The notes under the pieces are model-generated. The model was not told the DNA's origin and made no database searches. It worked only from the letters and a program-made list of their open reading frames with translations. From IMG/VR virus record IMGVR_UViG_3300017766_001146, positions 1 to 25,247 of that record: a stretch of DNA of 25,247 nt; one strand, given 5' to 3'. The DNA comes from a virus (lineage: Duplodnaviria > Caudoviricetes). The stretch's first letter is position 1; the number at the start of each line of letters is the position of its first letter. Below are positions 10,101 through 18,073 of the stretch, piece by piece. The position numbers and the translations under genes are program-made.

Positions 10101-10978
10101 CTATAGGTGGCACAGATGTGTCAGGTACTATTAATAATATTTCTATAGGTGCTACTAACCCATCAACTGGTGTATTTACCTCTGTAGGAATAAGTAATCT
10201 TGCTATAACTACTGCTAATCTAACAGCCTCTACTGGAACCACTACTGGAGCAAAATTTAATATTGCTGCCGCGACGATAACTACTGGAACTTCGACCTCA
10301 GGCACTTATGCTAATTTACCTTATGCTTCAATAGCAGCACCTACATTTGCTAACACCACAAATCCTATTACTATTAAAGAAGCATCTACGCTTTTTTTAG
10401 CAACGCCGGCGGCGGGTAGTAATGTTACTCTTACAAATGCATATTCTTTGAAAACCACTGGTTCTGTTAAAATTGGAGGTTCGCTGGTATTTGAAGGAAG
10501 CACTGATAATGATAATAAAACTACTTTTTCTATAACAGATCCAGGCTCTAGTGTTACAATAACTGTTCCTGCTTGGTCAGGAACTATGGTTGTTCCTTCT
10601 GGTGCTAGTACTACTGGATATTTAGTTGTTGGTAATGATGCTAGTCAACCTGCATGGACAGATAATGATAGCGTAGTAGTTGGTGGTGTTTACTTTAGAA
10701 ATGAAACCACAGGAACAACAACAACTAGGTATCCACTAGCATTCCTTGCAAATCAACGGACACAAGATAACCCAACTACTTTTAGTGCTTTGAGTGATGC
10801 TGTAAAAACTACTGGTTATTTGAAAACACATTGGGACACAGGCGAAGATGCAGGATTGTATTATGCACCAGGCGATGTCGCTGATACTGCTGCGGGTAAT
10901 GGAAAACAACCATCAGTAAATGGTGGAACTCTTTATGCTGGATTCTTTGCCGGTTATTTGGATTGCGGTACATACTGA
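7115..10978 (+). CDS. Large tail-fibre-like protein (1287 aa)
   Basis: T/G/S-rich. Fibre modules 'QTLTGKTLTSPTI', 'INNTTIGASTASTGAFTTL', 'VNRG......LRWNETTEKW', 'FEGST'. AAGGA Shine-Dalgarno. Ends LDCGTY. Confidence 0.75.
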   Translation: MAGTGNLILKRGTGIPFNSDDASPILFRGTPAVQISGLSNTSDGSGSSGTTLGPYAVNNYANRLWMGMKGYGLGTGNDTGTATPEDFEGLGITPLSMSGGTTTNTDEYTRPLWMGAEIRAFTPIKKDDSDAYHSILKADWDRPSDYVLVTQQAIAFAPNRMWALGTPYDFNGAQMGGPIRKYVEFAVPSHTNNEQEPWSISGNQYHKSKKIIYPVVTPSDGQTLVVAQNGVNTSDSEVDVITLEWAQGGGGGSSLTLNGDSGTASVADTTETIVFSGASGIRTLVSSVGSTNRVSVALDIDELPQRTPILNDSIVITDSANTDVVNNRTTLTNIRNLIRNNLNITDLSSSATITDGDTLIIDESGVTKKATVGELVDWIGSAGSSHVAVSNTGQTTINSSVVTNAMLATASTAATANNVALRDGSGNLIANLFDGPSLKVKGTATTTGTAHRILFATDRASDNMTVGYDNVSNLQPLVYDAVNSKLIVQNLQVIGTEEVTTKLNVSVATPVFTLNSDLPVYSNTADGTSQTTPSENARIIVNRGAEADSELRWNETTEKWDVVATNKFTNAITQIQRTTTTGVTVTYTCGISRPFDVSEYISISGLTANKHYNNLWKVNTSTIADNPVTASSVGVLNFTEKTVNYSTITVNQNTPSTGRTQFVVTHNFTYAMPTGSQNITITGNTTSTINNTYNSANVSASTSTSLTFDVLTATYTGLSSISGANVASANNPTVVSTANGASAETITTNLNCDLVGVNSYPIIYGDGNVTGAAVGTGKTQYIDKLVVNNLTMAGTWNLQSTITTDLDLVNGGLRLPRSTTNPPVGVVSDEGRIFWDTDNDTLYVGTASGTKTFVDTDSTQTLTGKTLTSPTISGTPVISGGSINNTTIGASTASTGAFTTLSSSGLTTAASLSVTGNATVTGNATVDGVATFNGNVSIGNQTSDTITLGGSFVTGTVLRTPNANNTTLSIAAWDTDSTAQYRNLLTVTSGSVPSIAIGGTDVSGTINNISIGATNPSTGVFTSVGISNLAITTANLTASTGTTTGAKFNIAAATITTGTSTSGTYANLPYASIAAPTFANTTNPITIKEASTLFLATPAAGSNVTLTNAYSLKTTGSVKIGGSLVFEGSTDNDNKTTFSITDPGSSVTITVPAWSGTMVVPSGASTTGYLVVGNDASQPAWTDNDSVVVGGVYFRNETTGTTTTRYPLAFLANQRTQDNPTTFSALSDAVKTTGYLKTHWDTGEDAGLYYAPGDVADTAAGNGKQPSVNGGTLYAGFFAGYLDCGTY
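9853..9892 (+). repeat. 18-bp tandem repeat (TGTTACTGGTAATGCTAC x2.2) encoding VTGNAT repeats
   Basis: Direct tandem duplication visible in the sequence. Confidence 0.85.
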
Positions 10979-10984
10979 TCTCTT

Positions 10985-10992
10985 ACTAAATA
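10985..10992 (+). promoter_or_regulatory. Possible variant late promoter (ACTAAATA)
   Basis: TAAATA core in the 51-nt gap before 11030; deviates from TATAAATA. Confidence 0.35.
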
Positions 10993-11029
10993 CCTTAAAC
11001 TTCCGTGAATTTTATAGAATGGATGTATA

Positions 11030-12109
11030 ATGGCAGGAACTGGTAATCTATTACTTAAACGCGGCACAAACATGCCGTATAATACTGGTCAGGATAATAT
11101 TGCTAATGATACTGATCCCAAAGTATTATTAAAATGTATGCCAGCAGCACAAGTAGTAGGTCTATCTCCATACTATACTCAATTTTCAGATGCTTCACAA
11201 TATGTTGGTACAGCATCTGTTGATCTTCCTAATCGTTTGTGGTTGGGTATGGATGGTTATAGCACAACAAATCCAGAATCTGGGGGAGAAGTAAATGATG
11301 AATCGTTTAGAGCAGTTTATCCTACCACTGGCAATATTACTATAAATCAAACTACATCATACACTAGACCTTTATGGGTTGGTGCAGAAATTAGAGCATC
11401 TAAAGCAGTAAAAGAAGATAATAATTCTGCTAATGGTATAGTGATATTAAAAGCAAACTGGGATAAACCTTCTGATTATATTCTTGTGACACAAAAAGCA
11501 ATTTCTGTAATGCCTCTAAGAGTTTGGGAAACAACGGGAGATGGTCAATTCAGTGACACAGAATATTTAGATTTTTCTGCTTGGAATGGTACAACTGAGG
11601 GATCCATAAACACCAATACTAAATTATTGTTTCCAGATGCAACTGGTTTTAATAGTGATGGAGTTCCTGCATTTGACACATATTTAAAACTTTCTAATGT
11701 AACTACAGTAGGTAGTGGTTCGCTTGCTGTTAAAAAATTAAGACTAGTGTGGGGATCTCTTGCTGCTTCTTTTAATGACTATGTTACTGGATCCGCTAAT
11801 ATTGCCTTACTTGGTGAAGACGGAGCAGTAAAAGGATCACAAACATTTCAATCTAAATTAGTAGTAGAACAAGAACTAGAAGTCAATGGTTATACTTCTG
11901 AAAGTATAACTTATGGTGCAAAAATTACAAGTCAGGCAGAAGACGCCTATCTTTTCAATGAAAATGTTTTGGACCTGTCAATAGGTGGTGGTGCATCTGT
12001 TATAAGTATAGGTAATCCTAGTTCAGATAGTTGCACAGTAACAGTATATGATGAACTAATAGTTACTGGAAATCTTGAAGCAAATTCTATTGATGGTGGT
12101 AATTTCTAA
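11030..12109 (+). CDS. Fibre-like protein, paralog of the N-terminal region of 7115..10978
   Basis: MAGTGNLLLKRGT, NRLWLGMDGY, YTRPLWVGAEIRA and ILKANWDKPSDYILVTQKAI match the 1287-aa protein. Ends IDGGNF. Confidence 0.7.
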   Translation: MAGTGNLLLKRGTNMPYNTGQDNIANDTDPKVLLKCMPAAQVVGLSPYYTQFSDASQYVGTASVDLPNRLWLGMDGYSTTNPESGGEVNDESFRAVYPTTGNITINQTTSYTRPLWVGAEIRASKAVKEDNNSANGIVILKANWDKPSDYILVTQKAISVMPLRVWETTGDGQFSDTEYLDFSAWNGTTEGSINTNTKLLFPDATGFNSDGVPAFDTYLKLSNVTTVGSGSLAVKKLRLVWGSLAASFNDYVTGSANIALLGEDGAVKGSQTFQSKLVVEQELEVNGYTSESITYGAKITSQAEDAYLFNENVLDLSIGGGASVISIGNPSSDSCTVTVYDELIVTGNLEANSIDGGNF

Positions 12110-12996
12110 TGAGCACGGTTTTAAGAACAAAAAGATCAACCACACAAAATCAAGCACCATCATCTCTGGAGTTGGGAGAATTAGCAGTAAACATCCCAGA
12201 TAAGAAGATATGGATAGGTGATGCTTCAGGAACACCTGTTCTTATTTCTCAATATAATTCTGGTGGTTCTGGTCAAACCTACTATGAAGGTCTTGGAATA
12301 AACATTGATGGTAATAATGTAATCAGTATTGATCCAGGCAAAGGTTTATCTGTAGACACAAATAATGGAATAAATCTAGATCTTTCTGTTGGTCTTACCA
12401 CAGTAGATCCTATAGTGACCACTCTCGACAAATACGACAAGGTTCCATTTTTAGAATATTCAGATGGTCAAACCAAATTAATATCTGCATCCAAGTTTTT
12501 ACAAGTAGGATTGTCAACTGCTCTTTCAGCAGCAACATATAATCCGAACGATCCTTCAACAGATGAAAGAACCACTGTTGCAATTCAGGACAACAATTCA
12601 AATGCTTTTGTGATAAAAACTCTTCAGAATAGCGGAAGTATTGTTCAAAAGAATAGTATTTTTAAGATAGACACAGAGGGTACGAGTGCCAGAATTTTAA
12701 TTAGTGGTACATCTGTTGCTATAGAACCAAGTGATGAATTGAATATAGGTACAATAAGTGTACCGACTAATATAATATCTCAGCAGGTAAATTTTAGCAA
12801 TTTATTGGAATTGAATTTGGGTGGAGGAGAATTAACTGGTGTAAATCAGTTGACTGCATCCTCACAAAACATCTACATACAGGGTAATCTGATTGTTTCT
12901 GGATATGTAGAAACTGATGTAGGAGTAAGAGGTTCTACTGATGCGGAATTAGAATATTTGGGACAAGGTATGGTAGTTGACGGTGGTGCTTATTAA
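12109..12996 (+). CDS. Fibre-like protein with Mtd-N / hyaluronidase-N-like N-terminal domain
   Basis: 'KRS......PSSLELGELAVN..DKKIWIGD', 'YYEGLGINIDGNNVIS'. TAATG coupling. Ends VDGGAY. Confidence 0.7.
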   Translation: MSTVLRTKRSTTQNQAPSSLELGELAVNIPDKKIWIGDASGTPVLISQYNSGGSGQTYYEGLGINIDGNNVISIDPGKGLSVDTNNGINLDLSVGLTTVDPIVTTLDKYDKVPFLEYSDGQTKLISASKFLQVGLSTALSAATYNPNDPSTDERTTVAIQDNNSNAFVIKTLQNSGSIVQKNSIFKIDTEGTSARILISGTSVAIEPSDELNIGTISVPTNIISQQVNFSNLLELNLGGGELTGVNQLTASSQNIYIQGNLIVSGYVETDVGVRGSTDAELEYLGQGMVVDGGAY

Positions 12997-13006
12997 GGAG
13001 AATATT

Positions 13007-13225
13007 ATGAGTGAAACTAATTATAATGAAACAGTAGTTATTCCTGTTCTACAAAGAAAGTATCAAGAACTAATAAACAATAATTTGTTCTTGGAAGTGA
13101 ATCTAATGGTGGAACAGGCAAAGAATAAAGATTTACTTACAAAAATTCAGAACCTAGAACAGAAACTAGAGACAAAGAAGTCCAAGAAAAAAGAAGAAGT
13201 AACATTTGACGCAAACACTTATTGA
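13007..13225 (+). CDS. Small coiled-coil protein (72 aa)
   Basis: ATG at 13007 after AAGGAG. Heptad-like 'VLQRKYQELINNNLFLEVNL...LLTKIQNLEQKL'. Ends FDANTY. Confidence 0.7.
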   Translation: MSETNYNETVVIPVLQRKYQELINNNLFLEVNLMVEQAKNKDLLTKIQNLEQKLETKKSKKKEEVTFDANTY

Positions 13226-13241
13226 GTGTAGAATATAACCT

Positions 13242-16200
13242 ATGGCTATTATAAAACCAAAAAGAGGCTCAGGAGCACCTACTGTCGGACAACTTTTAGA
13301 AAATGAGTTGGCGGTAGATACTACTAACAAAAGAATGTACATCGGTGTTTCCGATGGTTCTGGTGCTTTGATAGGATCGTCTCCTGGCGGTTCTGATGCA
13401 CAAGTTCAATTTAATGATGGTGGTGTTCTTGGTGGAGACTCAGGTCTTACCTATAACAAAACTACTGATACTCTTACTGTTGCTGGAGATGTTGTAATTA
13501 ATGCACAGGGTGATTTGCGTCTTTCCGATTCCGACTCTTCTAATTACATTGCATTTCAAGCACCAACATCTGTAGCAAACAATAATGTATATACTCTTCC
13601 TTCTGCTGTTGGATCTGCAAATCAAGTTTTGCAAATAGCATCTGTTTCTGTAGATGATGCTACTTTGCAGTGGGGGACAATAACTACCAATCCAGGCGGT
13701 GTTGATACTCAAGTTCAATTTAATGATGGCGGATCTACTTTTGGTGGTGACGCTGGACTAACTTACAATAAGACAACAGATACTCTTACTGTTGCTGGAG
13801 ATATTGCAGTAAATGGTGGAGATATTACTTCCACTTCAAGTACTTGTGCTTTGTTTAATTCTGGTGTTTCTACCATAAATCTTGGTGGTGCTGCCAGTGC
13901 TATTACAATTGGTGATAGTACTACTGCGACCACTACTTTGCGTGGTGGTACTTTAGTTGGAAATACTACAACACAAAATGTATTTGACACCACAGCAACT
14001 ACAGTAAATTCGTTTGGTGGTGCTACTACTCTTAACATAGGTTATGATGGCATTAGCAGTAATAGTACAACAAATATAGCAGTAGGTGCTATAACTTCTG
14101 GTATTACAAGAACAATAAACATAGGCACTGGTGGACTTACTGGTGTTACTAATATAAGTTTAGGTTATAATGGTGGCGGCACAACTTTTCTTAATAGTGC
14201 AACTGTAGTAGGTGGTGGAACAACACAAGCACTATTCAACACAGTTGCAACTACTATGAATTTTTCTGGTGCTGCTACTAATTTAACGATGGGTGCAACT
14301 TCAGGTAGTACTAGTATTAGAAATCCTACTATAATTTTAAGTAACAGTAATAATACAGGAACAATAAAAACTCCAGGCACAGGTAGTTTGGTTCTTACTA
14401 CAGGGGCACTTAGTAGTAATGGTACTAATACAGATGTCACTATAACTGGTGACGCAGATGGTGCTGGATTTGTTCAGATAAATGGTGGAGATCTATATCT
14501 TGGACAAAAAGTAGATGCAGATCCTACAGTTTTTCCTGTGAATATTGTTTTTGAAGGAAGTACTGCAAACGGATTCGAAACAACTCTTACTTTAGTAGAT
14601 CCTACTGCCGACAGAACTATAACTTTACCGAATGCTACAGGAACAGTAGTAACTACTGGTAATTTGACTGATATTACTTCAACTGGTACTATTACTTCAG
14701 GTACTTGGAGTGGAAACACAATCGCTGTGGGTAATGGTGGAACTGGAACCACTACTGGAAGTATAACTGGTACGGGAGCATTGACATTTACCGCCGGTGG
14801 AACAAATACAAATATTAATTTGGTTCCAAATGGAACAGGTAGTGTTGATGTAAATTCTAAGAGAATTATAAATTTATCAACACCAGATTTGTCTACCGAT
14901 GCTGCGACAAAAGGTTATGTTGATAGTGTTGCTCAGGGATTGCATACACACGCGACCGCTAAAGCGGCAACAACTGCAAAATTAGCAACTCTCACAGGTG
15001 CAACGGTTTCTTACTCTGGTGGTGCTATTACTTGGACAGGTGGAACCGCGCTTACAAGCACATTCACTGACGGCATATCTTTTACTACAAATACTACAGA
15101 ATCTTTGGCTGATAGAATATTAGTTAAAAACGAAGGAGATTCTGGTGGATTGGGTTTGGCATATAACGGAACATACTATGCCTACGGTGCAAGAGAACTA
15201 AGAAGAACAAGTGACGGAGATACAGCAGCAGATTGGGCCGGTGGTGATTTTTGTTTTATTCTTAGTGGCACTCTTTACGCCTCTACTGGTTGGGTTCAGA
15301 CAAATGATGTAACTACTTTAGATACTGATTCTATAACTTGGACTCAATTTTCTGGTTCTGGTGCATATACTGCCGATGAAGTTACTCTGACTACATCTGG
15401 AACACAATTTTCTATCAAATCCACATATAGTGGACAAACCAGTATTGTTACTTTAGGTACTGTCGCAACTGGTACTTGGAGTGCCAGTACGATTGCTGTG
15501 GACAAAGGTGGTACTGGTTTAACATCATATACTGCTGGTGATCTATTGTACGCTTCTGGTTCTTCTGCTATTAGTACTGTTGCTATTGGAACAAGTGGTC
15601 ATGTTCTCACTAGCAGTGGTTCCGCTCCTCAGTGGACAAATGTAACTGGAACTGGTGATGTAGTAAAAGCAACATCACCTACATTAGTAACACCAAACAT
15701 AGGCGCTGCAACTGGAACTTCTTTAAGTATAACTGGTGATCTTGCAGTAAATGGCGGTAATATTACGACTACCGCTACAGGCACAGTTTCATTGTATGAC
15801 ATTAATGCAACCACTATCAATGTGGGAACCGCCGCTGCAACCACCGTAAATCTTGGAACAAATGCCAACGGTTCTGTAGTAAATCTCTGTAACGGACACA
15901 TATCATTCTCAAGAACTGGTTCTGGAATGTTATACTATTCCAATCTTACAGATGGTTCTGCGAACGGAATGAATATTAAGTGTAATGCTTCTGGTTCTCC
16001 TATTAAAATTGGTGATGTTGGTGCAACATTAAACTCAACCATATTAACTGTTAATGATAGTGCAGGAACAATTACATTTGATACTGGAACTGGTTCTTAT
16101 ACATTCCCAACTACAAACGGAAGCAACGGACAAGTTCTTACAACTAACGGATCGGGTACTTTAACCTGGTCTACAGTATCTGGTGGAAGCGGAATAACAA

Positions 16201-16472
16201 GAAGTGTAAACAATATTTCCACAACAACAAGTGCAGGATCAACTGCCAGTACGGACTATGTTTATAATGTTACTTCTGGTACATTCACGCTTACAATGCC
16301 TACTGCTGCATCAAATACAAACAGATACACCATAAAACAAAGCGGAACAGGTGTATTGACTATCGACACAACATCTTCACAGACAATAGACGGTTCAACA
16401 ACCTATACTATGTCTAAACAATATCAGGCGATAGATCTTATCAGCGATGGTACAAACTGGATTATAGTATAA
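13242..16472 (+). CDS. Long tail-fibre-like protein (1076 aa)
   Basis: N-terminal 'KPKRGS......L.ENELAVDTTNKRMYIG'. Repeats 'GGSD.QVQFNDGG', 'GTW....IAV..GGTG', 'DAATKGYVD', 'NGQVLTTNGSGTLTW'. C-terminal 'QTIDG.......LISDGTNWII'. Confidence 0.8.
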   Translation: MAIIKPKRGSGAPTVGQLLENELAVDTTNKRMYIGVSDGSGALIGSSPGGSDAQVQFNDGGVLGGDSGLTYNKTTDTLTVAGDVVINAQGDLRLSDSDSSNYIAFQAPTSVANNNVYTLPSAVGSANQVLQIASVSVDDATLQWGTITTNPGGVDTQVQFNDGGSTFGGDAGLTYNKTTDTLTVAGDIAVNGGDITSTSSTCALFNSGVSTINLGGAASAITIGDSTTATTTLRGGTLVGNTTTQNVFDTTATTVNSFGGATTLNIGYDGISSNSTTNIAVGAITSGITRTINIGTGGLTGVTNISLGYNGGGTTFLNSATVVGGGTTQALFNTVATTMNFSGAATNLTMGATSGSTSIRNPTIILSNSNNTGTIKTPGTGSLVLTTGALSSNGTNTDVTITGDADGAGFVQINGGDLYLGQKVDADPTVFPVNIVFEGSTANGFETTLTLVDPTADRTITLPNATGTVVTTGNLTDITSTGTITSGTWSGNTIAVGNGGTGTTTGSITGTGALTFTAGGTNTNINLVPNGTGSVDVNSKRIINLSTPDLSTDAATKGYVDSVAQGLHTHATAKAATTAKLATLTGATVSYSGGAITWTGGTALTSTFTDGISFTTNTTESLADRILVKNEGDSGGLGLAYNGTYYAYGARELRRTSDGDTAADWAGGDFCFILSGTLYASTGWVQTNDVTTLDTDSITWTQFSGSGAYTADEVTLTTSGTQFSIKSTYSGQTSIVTLGTVATGTWSASTIAVDKGGTGLTSYTAGDLLYASGSSAISTVAIGTSGHVLTSSGSAPQWTNVTGTGDVVKATSPTLVTPNIGAATGTSLSITGDLAVNGGNITTTATGTVSLYDINATTINVGTAAATTVNLGTNANGSVVNLCNGHISFSRTGSGMLYYSNLTDGSANGMNIKCNASGSPIKIGDVGATLNSTILTVNDSAGTITFDTGTGSYTFPTTNGSNGQVLTTNGSGTLTWSTVSGGSGITRSVNNISTTTSAGSTASTDYVYNVTSGTFTLTMPTAASNTNRYTIKQSGTGVLTIDTTSSQTIDGSTTYTMSKQYQAIDLISDGTNWIIV
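13383..13802 (+). repeat. Internal direct repeat (~108 bp; 13383-13490 and 13692-13802) encoding PGG.D.QVQFNDGG..GGD.GLTYNKTTDTLTVAGD
   Basis: Both copies contain CAAGTTCAATTTAATGATGG and GATACTCTTACTGTTGCTGGAGAT. Confidence 0.85.
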
Positions 16473-16482
16473 AGGATAAAAT

Positions 16483-17367
16483 ATGGCATATGGAGTAATG
16501 AGTTTCAATTCTGGCGTAGGTAATATTAATATGTTACCAGCAATATCGAATGCATATGAACCCGTTACTAGTGGTTCTAGTCAGATGGATATGCTTTTCT
16601 TCAGCGACTTTGTTCAGGTTCCCTTTTCTACTGCTTCTCCTTCCTCTGGTGGATTGCTTTACGGAGCAAACGCAAACGGTGGGTCGTTTACAATAAATAA
16701 CACCACAGATTTTGCCGCTGTAGGAGTTGATGCTTGTATAGGAGTTTTAAGACCTGCAACAGGAACCACAAACAACAATACAGGGTATGCTGCAATAAAA
16801 ACAGCAGATGCGATTTTATCAGGAATACCAACGCCCACTAGCGGTTATGTAACAAAATATGAGTGGGAGTGCCTAGTGGAGACTGATGCAAATATATTTG
16901 GAGCAACGAGAAACGGCGCAATTCGTTTTGGAATGATGGCTACGACAACAAACAGTGTGCCAACTGACGGTGTTTACTTTGAGTTTTTATATGATGGAAC
17001 AACTAATGACACCACTTGGAAAGTTGTGTTCAGAAAAGACGGATCTCAAGAAAGAGTAGATACAACTGTGACGGTCGCGGCAAATAAACTGTATAGACTT
17101 TATATGTGTGTAGAGAAAGACACTAGTGGAACCTACACAACAACATACAAGATAAAGAATGTGACAGATGCTACAAATAGAGAAAGTACTGCCGCTCCTT
17201 CAAATGCCGCTGTGTATTATCCTGCTGCAACTGGTGATTATATGGGTGTTGCATTTCTAGTTACAAAAGCAGGAACTGCGACCACAAACAGTACTTTTGT
17301 AATACTTGATTATATGGCTGCAAGAATACGCAGAAAACTAAACAGAGAAATGATTATTTTAGGATAA
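16483..17367 (+). CDS. Putative distal fibre / receptor-binding (beta-sandwich, lectin-like) protein
   Basis: Follows the last long fibre, AAGGA Shine-Dalgarno, beta-rich 'IRFG.......PTDGVYFE......W.......DT.V' and 'LDY' near the C-terminus. Confidence 0.45.
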   Translation: MAYGVMSFNSGVGNINMLPAISNAYEPVTSGSSQMDMLFFSDFVQVPFSTASPSSGGLLYGANANGGSFTINNTTDFAAVGVDACIGVLRPATGTTNNNTGYAAIKTADAILSGIPTPTSGYVTKYEWECLVETDANIFGATRNGAIRFGMMATTTNSVPTDGVYFEFLYDGTTNDTTWKVVFRKDGSQERVDTTVTVAANKLYRLYMCVEKDTSGTYTTTYKIKNVTDATNRESTAAPSNAAVYYPAATGDYMGVAFLVTKAGTATTNSTFVILDYMAARIRRKLNREMIILG

Positions 17368-17371
17368 TACT

Positions 17372-17587
17372 ATGCCAAACCCAAGAATAAATTCAATTGT
17401 AAAATTAGTAGATCCAACCGACATAGATGTTCAAGTGTTTGATGTTAAAAGCAACGATAGATTCATTTATATGGGAGAAATAGCACAAGACACATCTTTG
17501 TGTATGGTTGAAGGACTTTACTGCGGTAAGAGAATTGCATATCTTCGTCCAGAAGATTTTGTAGAAGTTTCTGCTGGCGATTGGTGA
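17372..17587 (+). CDS. Hypothetical protein (71 aa)
   Basis: AGGA Shine-Dalgarno; tightly packed between its neighbours. Confidence 0.6.
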   Translation: MPNPRINSIVKLVDPTDIDVQVFDVKSNDRFIYMGEIAQDTSLCMVEGLYCGKRIAYLRPEDFVEVSAGDW

Positions 17588-17593
17588 AGAAAA

Positions 17594-18070
17594 TTGTATA
17601 AAAACGCAAAAGATGTAGGATATTCTCCAGGCGATCTAGGACGGTTTTCTGTTCTAAATGGTCTGGAGTTTTCTTCTGTTCTTGATGTTGGATCTGGTCC
17701 TTGTTTATTACAAAATCTTCTTTGTGATAAAACATACGAAGCAGTTGACATCAGAGAAGAATCCCTTGCCCTGTGTAATTGTAAGACATATACTTCTATT
17801 CCTGGCAGAAAGAAATATGATCTTGTATGTTTCTTTGGTGTATTTGCTTATGGAGATAAGGAACAATATAAACAACTTCTTGTAAAAGGATCAAAGCGTG
17901 CCAAGAAGTATGTTGTGTTCTCCACTATCAAACCATTTCCTAGAAGCGGAAAAATGTTGACTTACGATGAAAATGAAGTTCTACAAATGATTTCGTTAGT
18001 CAATCCCAGCAGTTACACCATAGATACTACAACGGAACCAACTGAAACAATAGTTATTTGTGAGATTTAA
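17594..18070 (+). CDS. Class I SAM-dependent methyltransferase (small)
   Basis: Motif I SVLDVGSGP, acidic motif II 'YEAVDI', motif IV-like 'KYDLVCFFGVF'. TTG start with an in-frame stop just upstream. Confidence 0.7.
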   Translation: MYKNAKDVGYSPGDLGRFSVLNGLEFSSVLDVGSGPCLLQNLLCDKTYEAVDIREESLALCNCKTYTSIPGRKKYDLVCFFGVFAYGDKEQYKQLLVKGSKRAKKYVVFSTIKPFPRSGKMLTYDENEVLQMISLVNPSSYTIDTTTEPTETIVICEI

Positions 18071-18073
18071 ATT

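Noticed and set aside
13383-13802. Direct repeats as a possible CRISPR array
   Set aside because: There are only two in-frame coding copies about 310 bp apart, with no repeat-spacer periodicity.
5202-17367. Diversity-generating retroelement or invertase shufflon acting on the fibres
   Set aside because: No reverse transcriptase, no template/variable repeat pair differing only at adenines, and no recombinase or inverted cassettes were seen in the window. The repeats differ at ordinary synonymous positions.
17594-18070. DNA adenine or cytosine methyltransferase
   Set aside because: It lacks the DPPY/NPPY or PC catalytic motifs and is too short; only the generic SAM-binding motif is present.
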